The notes beneath the pieces were generated by a model, which ran no database searches, was not told the DNA's origin, and was given only the letters and a program-made list of their open reading frames with translations. From NCBI GenBank assembly GCA_943354745.1, contig CALRDB010000002.1, forward strand, positions 3,679 through 67,678: 64,000 bases of DNA, written 5' to 3'. Positions 8,389 through 18,160 of this stretch are shown piece by piece. Origin of the DNA: Candidatus Nomurabacteria bacterium. Its GTDB lineage: Bacteria; Patescibacteriota; Minisyncoccia; Phycocordibacterales; UBA10002. Every line of letters begins with the position of its first letter. Position 1 is the first letter of the stretch. The translations under genes were made by a program, and so were the position numbers.

Positions 8389-9750
8389 CTATTGTAGCAT
8401 GTCGATAGCGGCCAGAAGACGCCTTAAAGTCCGTTCTTTGCCCAGCATCGCTCCAAGGGTAAATGGATCGGGAGATTGCTCCTCCCCTGAAAGGGCTACA
8501 CGAGTCGGCCAAAGTACATCTCCCTTCCCTTTCGCCTCGGCGTAAGCAAATATTGCTTCCTTTACCCCGGGAATAGTGAACCTGTCAGATGGCAACTCTT
8601 CCAACACCGAAAGAACTTTTTCAAGATGCTCTTTGGGATCACTTTTCGCTTTTTTCCATTTCAGCATTTCGGTCGGATAGGTAGGGTCTTTGAGCAAATA
8701 GTCATACTCCCCAGCTTCAAGTTCGGTTTTAATATCACCGTACGTACTGATGCGATCCAACAACATCAGAGCAATTGCCTGGACCTGTGCCGCTGTCCGA
8801 TCCTTAGACAATATCTCAGGGAGGTGTGTAATAAGCCCTTCAACCCCGGCCTTTTTAAGGTATTCTTTATTTACTGAACGCATCTTCTCTTCGTTAAATA
8901 TCGCTCCTCCCTTTTGCACCTTGGTGAGGTCGAACACCTTGGTGAGTTCTTCCATGGAAAAAATCTCTTGATCCGTCCCGGAATTCCACCCTAAAAGGGT
9001 AAGATAATTGACTACCGCGGAAGCAATATAGCCACGCTCGCGATATTCCGAGACCGGAATAGCTCCGCGACGCTTGGACAGCTTAGTTCGATCAGGTGCG
9101 AGAATCAGCGGGAGATGCGCGTACAGAGGACGAGGAAAACCAAGTGCTTCCTGAATCAAAATTTGCCGTGGAGTATTCGAAATGCCGTCCTCACCGCGGA
9201 TAACGTGGGTGATCCCCATTTCGGCATCGTCTATGACGACGGCAAGATGATAGATGGGTTCGTCCATTGATTTGGCAATCACGAAATCGCCGAGCTCGGT
9301 CGTATCGAACGTAATGTCTCCGCGAATAAGATCCGTAAAGGTGAGCGACTTGTTGGGATTCTTAAAACGAATAACCTCAGCGCGTTTTACCCCCTCACTT
9401 TTTTTTGTTGATTGAAAATCTGCCGCAACCTCAACGGGAAGTTCACTCTCCTTTGAGACGTAGGCACGTCCTTGGTCTACCAGCTTTTTCAGGTAGTTTC
9501 TATAGATTTCACCACGCAGAGACTGTCTCCATACTTCCCCGTTATCGTAATCAAGACCAAGCCAGGTTAAACTTTCAATCACATCGGTCTCATACTCTTT
9601 CTTCGAGCGTTCCCTGTCAGTATCTTCAAGGCGGAAATAAAATGAACCGCCATTTTTCTTGGCAAACAAATAATTAAAGAGCGCAGTACGCGCATTACCG
9701 AGTTGTAGTTTGCCGGTCGGCGATGGCGGGAAACGAGTAATTATTTTCAT
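8389..9750 (-). CDS. gltX: Glutamate--tRNA ligase
   Basis: RFPPSPTG.LQLGNAR (HIGH variant), RLEDTD and KLSKR. Confidence 0.96.
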   Translation of the reverse strand: MKIITRFPPSPTGKLQLGNARTALFNYLFAKKNGGSFYFRLEDTDRERSKKEYETDVIESLTWLGLDYDNGEVWRQSLRGEIYRNYLKKLVDQGRAYVSKESELPVEVAADFQSTKKSEGVKRAEVIRFKNPNKSLTFTDLIRGDITFDTTELGDFVIAKSMDEPIYHLAVVIDDAEMGITHVIRGEDGISNTPRQILIQEALGFPRPLYAHLPLILAPDRTKLSKRRGAIPVSEYRERGYIASAVVNYLTLLGWNSGTDQEIFSMEELTKVFDLTKVQKGGAIFNEEKMRSVNKEYLKKAGVEGLITHLPEILSKDRTAAQVQAIALMLLDRISTYGDIKTELEAGEYDYLLKDPTYPTEMLKWKKAKSDPKEHLEKVLSVLEELPSDRFTIPGVKEAIFAYAEAKGKGDVLWPTRVALSGEEQSPDPFTLGAMLGKERTLRRLLAAIDMLQ

Positions 9751-9875
9751 ACTAAATCAGTATATAGGAATTAATTAAAAAGTCTTTCTTATTCGTAACC
9801 ATTCGTTGGACTCCAATTCGTCCCACTAGTGGAAAAATCAGAATTTCTCACTACGGGATAACTACTTTCGTATCG

Positions 9876-11000
9876 CTATTTTTCGTGCTTGAGTGCAATT
9901 TCCAAAATTTCGCGCGCGATTACCTCGGCAGCGTCGGTCTTTGCGAAATGAAGCGCATGCTCCGACATCTGCGTGACTCGCTCCTCGTTGCCGAGAACTC
10001 TCTGTATTTGGTCTTTAAGGATGTTGACCGTGAGGTTACTCTCTTCAAGGACGTCTGTCGCTCCAGTTTCCGCGTACGCATACGCGTTTTCGCGCTGATG
10101 GTTGCCGTTCGAATCGGTGATGGGAATAAGAATTGACGGCTTACCCCACATGGCTATCTCGAAGATAGTCGAGCCCGCCCTTGAAATAACCAGATTGGTC
10201 AGCTTCCCCGCCGAAGAAACTTGTGCAGTCGAAAGGTAGCCGAACGGATGATAACGATGCTTAAAAGTATTATCTTGCAAAAGAACCTTGGACCGTGCAA
10301 GCATATCGGCAAAATGCACTTCCCCTGTCTGGTGGATAACCTCGTACTTTTGCAGTAACTCCGGAAGCGCCTGCAGTATTGTTTCATTAAGCACAAGCGA
10401 GCCAAGCGACCCCCCAATAACAAATATAACCTTAGTGTCTGGTTCCAGTCCGAACCCTGCCCGATTCGCCAGTAACGGAGACAACAGTTCATGCCGGATA
10501 GGATTGCCCGTATATGCTACGCGCCCAGCAGGAAAGAAAGTTGCAGCCTGAGGAAAAGAAACCGCGATACGAGTAGCAAACTTCCCCGCCCAGAGATTGG
10601 TCCTCCCTGGTACCGTGTCAGACTCATGAATGATGACAGGGATTCTCCAAAACCGCGCAGCAAAAAGTGCAGGAAAACTTCCAAAACCTCCCTTACCCAC
10701 TACGACATCAGGAAACAAACGATACACAAGCACCAGAGCCTTGAGTACCCCAAAGATAGTTTTAACAACATCAAAAACATTCTTTATTGAAGCATAACGA
10801 CGAAGTTTACCTGCCAAGTTGGGAAGAAAAGTAATTTCGTTTTCAAACAATAAACTCGAGTTATACGCTTCGGGTGCCATGAAAAAAAGCTGCGGAGCAA
10901 TAAGCCGCTCCTTTTTTGCGATGAGTCGAACCTCTTCCGCGATTGCAATAATCGGATAGAAGTGTCCCCCTGATCCCCCGCCGGTGAATAATATTTTCAT
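9876..11000 (-). CDS. murG: Undecaprenyl-PP-MurNAc-pentapeptide GlcNAc transferase
   Basis: GGGSGGHFYP, HESD..PG..N, GNPIR, GGSLG and HQRENA. Confidence 0.96.
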   Translation of the reverse strand: MKILFTGGGSGGHFYPIIAIAEEVRLIAKKERLIAPQLFFMAPEAYNSSLLFENEITFLPNLAGKLRRYASIKNVFDVVKTIFGVLKALVLVYRLFPDVVVGKGGFGSFPALFAARFWRIPVIIHESDTVPGRTNLWAGKFATRIAVSFPQAATFFPAGRVAYTGNPIRHELLSPLLANRAGFGLEPDTKVIFVIGGSLGSLVLNETILQALPELLQKYEVIHQTGEVHFADMLARSKVLLQDNTFKHRYHPFGYLSTAQVSSAGKLTNLVISRAGSTIFEIAMWGKPSILIPITDSNGNHQRENAYAYAETGATDVLEESNLTVNILKDQIQRVLGNEERVTQMSEHALHFAKTDAAEVIAREILEIALKHEK

Positions 11001-11098
11001 ACTATACGAAAATACGAATTATACGAACATGCGAATTGCTGCGAATCCTATTCTCATTCGTAATCATTCGTAGGATTTCAATTCGTATTTTCGTATGT

Positions 11099-12190
11099 CT
11101 AGTTCTTCTGATAACGCGAGATATTAAGCAGTATGCCAGCCTCAAGAAGCGTAATCACCAAAGCTGTTCCGCCATGACTTACAAACGCCAGCGGAAGACC
11201 CGAAAGCGGAATGAGTGCTAACATTGACGCGATGTTCATAAACGCTGAAGCCCCTATGAGTATAACAATACCAATCGCAAGGAGTCCACTAAAAGTATCA
11301 GGGGAACGCGAAGCGATACGGAGCCCCCGAAGCAGAAGCGCGAGAAAAAGCATAATAAGAACGAAGCTTCCTATGAAACCGAATTCTTCCGCAGCTACGG
11401 CAAACACCGAATCCCCAATCGGTTCGGGAAGATATGAAAATTTTTGCACGCTTTGACCGAATCCTTTACCACTAAATCCACCAGAACCTATCGCGATAAG
11501 TGACTGCTGAACCTGATAGCCGGCTCCAAGCGGGTCTCCGGCAGGATTGAGAAAGGTTATAAATCGTTCTTTCAAATAAGGTCTGTACAAAACCAAACTT
11601 GAAAGACCAATGATTCCAATAAGCACAATTACACCGAAATGACGTAGACTGCCTCCAGCCACTAGAAATATCGCAAGGATTGCAAAGACCAGCACTGCGT
11701 AGGTATCAGTATCAGGTTGTAACAAGAGAAGGAATCCCGAAATACCAAAGAGAGCAAGCAGCGGAAGAAGACCGAAGGAAAACGTCTGAATTTTTTCCTT
11801 CGCTCCCGCGAAAAAGGCTGCCGCATACACAATAAACGAAATTTTCAAAAGCTCGGCAGGTTGGAATGAAAAGCCAAATACCCCAATCCAACGTCGGGCT
11901 CCACCATGCGACACGCCTATCCCTGGAATGAACACAAGAGCGGTAAAGACAATAGAGAAGAGAAGGAATGCAAGTGTATAACGTCGAAAATATTTATAGT
12001 GAAAGGTAGATACCAGATACGCGATCCCTCCTCCGAGAACCACCGCAATAAGTCGTGAGGTGGCAACATCCCCGAAGCGTGCCCCGTCCCGCGCCAAGAG
12101 GCCGATTGAGGCAGAGATGAATATCAAAAATCCTCCACCCACGAGCCCTGCTAAAATCCCTAGCAACCATTTGTCGACAGGCTTGTCCAT
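11099..12190 (-). CDS. ftsW: SEDS peptidoglycan glycosyltransferase FtsW
   Basis: GARRWI, FQPAELLK, QPD and YLPEPIGD; lies between mraY and murG. Confidence 0.92.
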   Translation of the reverse strand: MDKPVDKWLLGILAGLVGGGFLIFISASIGLLARDGARFGDVATSRLIAVVLGGGIAYLVSTFHYKYFRRYTLAFLLFSIVFTALVFIPGIGVSHGGARRWIGVFGFSFQPAELLKISFIVYAAAFFAGAKEKIQTFSFGLLPLLALFGISGFLLLLQPDTDTYAVLVFAILAIFLVAGGSLRHFGVIVLIGIIGLSSLVLYRPYLKERFITFLNPAGDPLGAGYQVQQSLIAIGSGGFSGKGFGQSVQKFSYLPEPIGDSVFAVAAEEFGFIGSFVLIMLFLALLLRGLRIASRSPDTFSGLLAIGIVILIGASAFMNIASMLALIPLSGLPLAFVSHGGTALVITLLEAGILLNISRYQKN

Positions 12191-12193
12191 GAT

Positions 12194-13252
12194 TTAACTT
12201 ACGAGTGTAAGAATAACACCAAGAAGTGCCAACATGACGGAAAGGATCCAATAACGCATCGTAACTTTATACGACGGCCAACCAAGTGCTTCGAAGTGGT
12301 GATGGAGTGGAGAAATAATAAGCAATTTCCGTCCCAGAAATTTCTTATAAAATTTCTGTGCAATAACAGATGCACTTGTGACAAACAGAGGAAAGGCGAT
12401 AAGCAACAGAACAGAAATCCCCTCCCCTTCTCCCAGGGAATCTGTCATGAATGCGACGATTGAGATACAGAGCGTCAGTGCCATACTTCCGGTTTCCGAC
12501 ATATAGAACCGTGCAGGGGGGATGTTAAACCACAAGAAAGCCAAGATTCCTCCGAGCACTGCCGCACAAAATGCAGACAAATTTATTTGATTCTGAAAAA
12601 AAGCTATCGCTCCATATGCACCGAAGATGACTGCAAAAATACCACCAGCAAGACCGTCAATCCCATCAATAATTCCTCCAGAATACACGGCAAGCATCAC
12701 CAGAGTGAAAAGCGGAATAATGAGCCACCCAAGATAAAAGGGTCCCGTGAAGGGTAAGAAGACGGCTGAAACATCCAACTTGAAATGAAACCATATACCT
12801 GCAGAGATACCCACAATACATACAATCAAAAGCCGTTTGGTAAGTGATAATCCTCCAGCCCTATAACCTCCATTCCCGCGAATCTCAAGCAAATCATCAA
12901 TCCAGCCAATGCCGGCACCGATGAGAAGGGCGAGGAGCGGGATCCACGTTTGATCCCGACTAAGAAAATCAAGCTTGGAGAAAAGTGAGGTGGTAAAGAA
13001 AGCCCCCGCAGCATACACACCAAAGATGGCGAGAGCAGCTGAAAGCCAGATCACAATACCTCCCATACGAGGAGTACCGGTTTCTCTGGTTTGATGAAGC
13101 TGGTTGAAGAGTGGTGTCTCGCTACCCTTTCCCGGCCTCTTCTTCCACATCTTATGCGTATACAAATAGTGACTGAGCACAGGTGTTATGCCGATACCAA
13201 TCGTGAAGGCAAGAAGTGCAGGGATGAAGATTTTAATAAGATCGAGTAACAT
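12194..13252 (-). CDS. mraY: Phospho-MurNAc-pentapeptide transferase
   Basis: GTPRMGG, DD, DGIDGL, FNIPPA and PLHHHFE. Confidence 0.96.
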   Translation of the reverse strand: MLLDLIKIFIPALLAFTIGIGITPVLSHYLYTHKMWKKRPGKGSETPLFNQLHQTRETGTPRMGGIVIWLSAALAIFGVYAAGAFFTTSLFSKLDFLSRDQTWIPLLALLIGAGIGWIDDLLEIRGNGGYRAGGLSLTKRLLIVCIVGISAGIWFHFKLDVSAVFLPFTGPFYLGWLIIPLFTLVMLAVYSGGIIDGIDGLAGGIFAVIFGAYGAIAFFQNQINLSAFCAAVLGGILAFLWFNIPPARFYMSETGSMALTLCISIVAFMTDSLGEGEGISVLLLIAFPLFVTSASVIAQKFYKKFLGRKLLIISPLHHHFEALGWPSYKVTMRYWILSVMLALLGVILTLVS

Positions 13253-13312
13253 GAAGTATCAAATTATGAATTTTGCATATCAGGCTTTTTGATTCTGCCG
13301 CACGTATTGCGC

Positions 13313-13485
13313 TGTCGTACCACAGGAGTACTAATTGTCTGCTAATTCGCTTCGCTCAAAGCATCCAATGTCGTACCACAGGAGTACTAATTGTCTGCTA
13401 ATTCGCTTCGCTCAAAGCATCCAATGTCGTACCACAGGAGTACTAATTGTCTGCTAATTCGCTTCGCTCAAAGCATCCAATGTCG
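13313..13485. repeat. Tandem repeat, 3 perfect copies of 56 bp plus a partial copy
   Basis: Unit tgtcgtaccacaggagtactaattgtctgctaattcgcttcgctcaaagcatccaa starts at 13313, 13369 and 13425. Confidence 0.95.
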
Positions 13486-14413
13486 CCCACAGTAATTTCT
13501 CCACATCACTGTATCGTCCGTTCCGAGTGGAACCAAGTACTGAGATGATAACAGGATGATTGAAGCCGGCGTCAAACGCAATAACCAAATTCCCGCCAGA
13601 AAGGTCAGTGTAGCCTGTCTTCGAGGCAATAAGCAAGGGAAGAGTGTCAGTCTTTTTGTTGGTGTTCACCGCGGAGTATCTACCCCCATCTTCCGTACTT
13701 AAAACGAGCTCATTCAATCGTGTTTCTTCAAAAACTAAAGGGAACTGTTCGAGCGCATGAGCAAGCATCAACGTAGTTTCAGATGCGGAACTAAATGCTC
13801 CAGCGTGATCCTTATCAATATCCAAACCGTCCTCATTAAGAAAGTACGTAGAATGAAGTCCTAGCTCTTGCGCTTTCTCATTCATTTTCTGTATAAACAA
13901 CAAGCGATTTCCGTCGGCCGTTTGCGTGCTCGTCGCGATCACTCCTCCAATCGCTTCAGAAACAGCAACCGCTCCATCATTTGATGATTCGAGAAGGGTA
14001 AACTTAAGAAGGTCACGCAGCAGCCACCTATCCCCTACTTTAAATCCACTATCCCCTTCTTCTCTAATTGCTCGGGAACTAATGGGTATATATGTGGTAT
14101 CGGGAACAAGAGAGAGTGCGGTCACCGCAGTCATGAGTTTGGTAATTGAGGCAAGCGGTAACACCTCGAGCTCATTTTTACCAAAAAGAGTTTTCCTCGC
14201 CTTTACGTCGTACACCGATGCGGCCCGGCCCAAAAGTTCAAGCTCCACATAGGGATTTACCTTGGTAGGTTGCGTAGCCACCACAACCGAGGCTACCGAA
14301 GGTAACGCACTCTCCTGTGGATGCACAAAAAATAAAAGTGAACAAAGCGCCGCCGCCCAGAAAAAATATTCAGGTTTAACTTTTTCAAACAATTGTGTCG
14401 TTGGTTTATTCAT
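13454..14413 (-). CDS. D-alanyl-D-alanine carboxypeptidase (S11)
   Basis: ASITK (SxxK), SSND (SxN) and KTG; likely start MNKPTT at 14413. Confidence 0.9.
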   Translation of the reverse strand: MNKPTTQLFEKVKPEYFFWAAALCSLLFFVHPQESALPSVASVVVATQPTKVNPYVELELLGRAASVYDVKARKTLFGKNELEVLPLASITKLMTAVTALSLVPDTTYIPISSRAIREEGDSGFKVGDRWLLRDLLKFTLLESSNDGAVAVSEAIGGVIATSTQTADGNRLLFIQKMNEKAQELGLHSTYFLNEDGLDIDKDHAGAFSSASETTLMLAHALEQFPLVFEETRLNELVLSTEDGGRYSAVNTNKKTDTLPLLIASKTGYTDLSGGNLVIAFDAGFNHPVIISVLGSTRNGRYSDVEKLLWATLDALSEAN

Positions 14414-15002
14414 TAGTTTCATCAGATGAATCAAGGGTACTCTCTCCCATGTCGGTGACCGAAACCGTCTGTTTCTCCTGCTCGGTCTTAGCAACCTCAA
14501 GCTCTGCTCGAATGCTTTCGAGCAAAGGGAGATCTTCAACACTCGAAAGACCAAGAAGTGAAACGAGTTCAATGGTTGGGTGGTACAAAAATACTCGCTC
14601 ATCTGTTTCGCTCTGTTTGCGTTCCACAAGACCGCGAATAAGCAGACTTCGCAGTATTGCGGTTGAATTAACACCTCGAATGTACTCTATATCCCGTCGA
14701 CTAACCTTGCCTTTATACAGAACGATCGAAAGTGTTTCGAGTGCCGCTTTACCAAGTTCTGTGGAAAGTTCTTCCTTTCGAAGACGCTCAATAACTTCAT
14801 GCGTTGCAGAAGCTGTTGCAAGCGCTATTTCATCTTCGGTCTGTACCAGCGTAATACCTCTCCCTTCAAGCTTAAGCTTTAGCTCTTCCAAAGCTTTTTT
14901 TGCATCAACTGACGATACCTTGAGTGAGCGACAAAGCTCAGGAAGCGTCATCGGCTCCCCTTTCCAAAATAGTACCGCTTCAATTTGTTTGTCTAGTTCC
15001 AT
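14406..15002 (-). CDS. scpB: SMC-Scp complex subunit ScpB
   Basis: IEAVLF, AALETLSIVLY and IEYIRGVNS. Confidence 0.95.
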   Translation of the reverse strand: MELDKQIEAVLFWKGEPMTLPELCRSLKVSSVDAKKALEELKLKLEGRGITLVQTEDEIALATASATHEVIERLRKEELSTELGKAALETLSIVLYKGKVSRRDIEYIRGVNSTAILRSLLIRGLVERKQSETDERVFLYHPTIELVSLLGLSSVEDLPLLESIRAELEVAKTEQEKQTVSVTDMGESTLDSSDETNE

Positions 15003-15091
15003 AACATTGGTAACGTATCCCTAATGACAAGATGACCGAGCTCCCAAAAATTGAATATAGTATACAGTCATTAGTTCTAGGTAAGTGCTAG

Positions 15092-15817
15092 CTAGTAGCG
15101 GGGGATCCCCACCTGCCCTGTCTCCATCACAATATCCCCAAGTGGCTTGTCCTGGTTAACGTAAATCAGTCCATCTTTGACGAGCTCTAGCAAAGCAAGA
15201 AAACCGACAATAACCGTAACTCGATCCCCTTTGTGTGCCCCCGAAAACTCATTGAAATTCATACGAAGCGCAGAGGTTATTCGACCTTTTAGGTTTTCAA
15301 TCATCTGTTCCAAACTAATTACTTTCTTGATAGCTACCTTTGAAAGAGCTTCTGTCTTTGGAATTGCCGACAACACAGAACGTATTGCACTTTGCATGAG
15401 CGAAAGAGATATTGACTTAGGGGGAGCGAATACGGGTACCACCTTCCGCTCGAGTGAACAAAAAAGAGGGTGCTCACCAAAGCGCTCTCTTACATGACGT
15501 GAAAGCTCACGGTATCGTTGCAAAAGTTTTAGCCGATTTTGTAAATCTTCAATATTTTCCTCCTCCTCACGAGAAAGGGAAAGTTGAGGCAGAAGGGCCT
15601 TTGACTTTATCAAAAGCAACGTGGAAGCAACGTAAGCAAATTGCGCACTTTCGGCAAGTGGAAAGTCGATAAAACTTTTCACATAATTAAGGAAGTCATC
15701 CGTTACTTTTGAAAGTGCTATGTCGCCAATATGAAGCTGTCTCCGTTCGATAAGTGTCAAAAGCAGATCCAAGGCTCCCTCAAATTTCTCCTGCTTTACA
15801 GTGAAGCTTTCCATCAC
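15092..15817 (-). CDS. scpA: Segregation and condensation protein A
   Basis: FEGALDLLL.LI, KSKALLP and FLALLELVK. Confidence 0.95.
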   Translation of the reverse strand: MMESFTVKQEKFEGALDLLLTLIERRQLHIGDIALSKVTDDFLNYVKSFIDFPLAESAQFAYVASTLLLIKSKALLPQLSLSREEEENIEDLQNRLKLLQRYRELSRHVRERFGEHPLFCSLERKVVPVFAPPKSISLSLMQSAIRSVLSAIPKTEALSKVAIKKVISLEQMIENLKGRITSALRMNFNEFSGAHKGDRVTVIVGFLALLELVKDGLIYVNQDKPLGDIVMETGQVGIPRY

Positions 15818-15850
15818 GTCACTATACCATTTTTATGGCTACACACCAAA

Positions 15851-16405
15851 CTATTCCTTCCATTCATAGTCAAGCTGACTGTAGACCCTACTGTTCTCAA
15901 AATGGTCATAGAGAAACGAGCCGTCGCGAAGGATACCGTCAAGTTTGAACCCGAGACGTTCGGGAATCGCCCCGCTCTTTGTATTGTTTGTACGACAATG
16001 GATCTCGATGCGGTGTAGCTTCAGTTCCTTAAAACCATACGAAACAAGCGCACGTACACAATCGGTCATGATTCCTCTACCTTCCTCAGCCTCAGAAAGC
16101 CAATAGCCGATTTCTGCCCGCCGAGACTTGCGATGTATCCCGTTAAATCCCATTGAGCCGATAAGTTTCTCACCTTCGTATACACCCAAATCGAGCGACT
16201 CTCCTTCCCTCGCCTTTTCCATGCGCTTCATGATATTTTCTCGTGATACCTCCGGTCCCGTTTGCGCATCCACCCAATCCAACCACTCGCGCAAATAGGC
16301 TCGGTTCTTGTCCACGAGCTTGTACAACGCTTCAGCCTCATCCGGCCGGATAAAGCGGAGCGTAATATTGTCCCGAACCCAAAGTGAAAAAGTATCGGTG
16401 TTCAT
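15851..16405 (-). CDS. RimJ/RimL family GNAT acetyltransferase
   Basis: AEIGYWL...EGRGIMT and N.KS..IPERLGF. Confidence 0.9.
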   Translation of the reverse strand: MNTDTFSLWVRDNITLRFIRPDEAEALYKLVDKNRAYLREWLDWVDAQTGPEVSRENIMKRMEKAREGESLDLGVYEGEKLIGSMGFNGIHRKSRRAEIGYWLSEAEEGRGIMTDCVRALVSYGFKELKLHRIEIHCRTNNTKSGAIPERLGFKLDGILRDGSFLYDHFENSRVYSQLDYEWKE

Positions 16406-16418
16406 ATCGTCTTCCTCT

Positions 16419-16506
16419 GTCATCCCCGTGACGTAGCAGTGGCGGAGTAGTCGTAGACTATACGGGGATCCAGAATCAACTGGATTCCCGCCTCCGCGGG
16501 AATGAC
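16419..16506. repeat. Inverted pair of GTCATTCCC-N-GGGAATCCAG (dRS3/REP-like) elements
   Basis: gtcatccccgt...acggggatccag and ctggattcccgcctccgcgggaatgac. Confidence 0.8.
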
Positions 16507-16513
16507 AACAAAA

Positions 16514-17950
16514 CTATTTCTTATCCACTTTAATCCCAAGCTCCTTAAGCTGGTCCGGACGGGCATCTGACGGTGCGTCCATGACGGAGGTGTGGCCTCC
16601 TGCATCCATTGGGAACGCGATGACTTCACGGATGTTCGGCTCATTTGCGAGGAGCATTACAAGTCGGTCGAGGCCCGGAGCCATACCGGCATGCGGCGGC
16701 GCACCGTATTCGTACGCTTTGATGATGTGACCGAATCGTTCCTCGGTTTGCTCCGATGTAAGACCCATAAGCTCGAACACTTTTCGTTGTACTTTCGGGT
16801 CGGAAATACGTACACCACCCGACGCAAGTTCATAGCCGTTGCAGACAAGGTCGTACTGTTGGGCGCCGAGTCCATCGAGTTCGGGGCTACGCTTCCCCGC
16901 CGCTTCCTTGTTGATGTTCATGAGCTTCTCGACATGTTCCGGCCGCGGAGCGGAAAAAGGATTATGGGCGAATGTGTAGTGGCTATTGTTGTCATCCCAT
17001 TCCAAAAGTGGGAAATCAACGACCCATGCGAACGCCATGGTGTTCGGGTCTTTCTTTTCCTCTTCACTCCGCATGTCGAATTTATCAGCACCGAATTGCT
17101 TCATCGCTTCTTCATGTGTGAAGACAGGAAACGGCTTTCTAAGCACCGTCTTCCCCACCGATTCAGCCACGTGAATCATAAGTCCCTCAACAAGGTCGAG
17201 AACATCGCGTTGTTTTACAAACGCCATTTCAAGGTCTATCTGTGTGTGTTCGAACTGACGATCGCCGCGAAGGTCTTCGTCTCGCATCGCACGCGCGAGC
17301 TGGAAGTAACGCTCAAAGCCCGAAAGCATCAAAAGCTGTTTGTATTGCTGGGGAGCCTGTGGAAGCGCATAGAATTTTCCCGGCTGCATGCGTGAGGGCA
17401 CAAGAAAGTCGCGTGCGCCTTCGGGCGAGGTCTTGGTCAGCATCGGGGTCTCTATTTCGATGAAATCATTCTTGCCCATGTACTCGCGGATAAGGGAGGT
17501 CACCTTCGCACGCAGGCGAAGATTCTTTTGCAGGCGCGGTCGGCGAAGGTCGAGGTAGCGATACTTAAGTCGGGCCTCTTCCCCAATATCCATACCGTCA
17601 CTACGTACGTCAAAGTGCGGCGTTTCCGCCTGACTGATTACCTGTGCACTAAGCATCTCCAGCTCCACCTCCCCGTTCGGCTCGTTCTTGTTCACTAGTT
17701 TTTCGGGGCGCTTGTTCACTTTGCCGGAAACGGCAATAACCCACTCGGGACGAATGGTTCCCGCCAGCGCGTGCGCTTCGGCGTGGCTCGGGAGCGCTAT
17801 CATCTGGACTTTGCCACTCTCGTCACGAAGGTCAATGAAGATAAGTTTCCCGTGGTCGCGGCGAATGTCCACGAAACCCGCGACAGTTACTTCCTGTCCG
17901 ACCATTTCTTTGAGGCTTTTAATCATTGTCCTGTTTTCCGGTTGGCTCAT
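16514..17950 (-). CDS. aspS: Aspartate--tRNA ligase, short form lacking the GAD insert
   Basis: OB fold; PEGARDFLVPSR, FYALPQAPQQYKQLLM and GAPPHAGMAPGLDR. Confidence 0.96.
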   Translation of the reverse strand: MSQPENRTMIKSLKEMVGQEVTVAGFVDIRRDHGKLIFIDLRDESGKVQMIALPSHAEAHALAGTIRPEWVIAVSGKVNKRPEKLVNKNEPNGEVELEMLSAQVISQAETPHFDVRSDGMDIGEEARLKYRYLDLRRPRLQKNLRLRAKVTSLIREYMGKNDFIEIETPMLTKTSPEGARDFLVPSRMQPGKFYALPQAPQQYKQLLMLSGFERYFQLARAMRDEDLRGDRQFEHTQIDLEMAFVKQRDVLDLVEGLMIHVAESVGKTVLRKPFPVFTHEEAMKQFGADKFDMRSEEEKKDPNTMAFAWVVDFPLLEWDDNNSHYTFAHNPFSAPRPEHVEKLMNINKEAAGKRSPELDGLGAQQYDLVCNGYELASGGVRISDPKVQRKVFELMGLTSEQTEERFGHIIKAYEYGAPPHAGMAPGLDRLVMLLANEPNIREVIAFPMDAGGHTSVMDAPSDARPDQLKELGIKVDKK

Positions 17951-17967
17951 ACACGCAAATTTATAAA

Positions 17968-18160
17968 TAAAAAAGTCCTTACAAAATCACCCCAAAGGAT
18001 GGTTTTGTAAGGACGTTCTTACGAGCGTGGTGCCACCTTACTTTCCCTTCTGTCATTCCCATGAAAATGGGAATCCAGTCGGGCTTCTTCGTTAGCTATA
18101 GCGGGCTTTCCCGAAGGGTTCTACTGTGGGCGAGCAGCTGTCTTCAACTGCTTTAGCCCT
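17968..18160 (-). promoter_or_regulatory. T-box riboswitch leader of aspS
   Basis: Minus strand AAGTAAGGTGGCACCACG antiterminator bulge; overlapping terminator GTCCTTACAAAA...TTTTGTAAGGACTTTTTT; upstream AGTA...GAA and CCGCTA elements; candidate GAC (Asp) specifier at 18140-18142. Confidence 0.82.
18052..18078. repeat. dRS3/REP-like element inside the T-box leader
   Basis: gtcattcccatgaaaatgggaatccag. Confidence 0.8.

Noticed and set aside
13313-13485. CRISPR array
   Set aside because: Head-to-tail identical 56-mers with no spacers.
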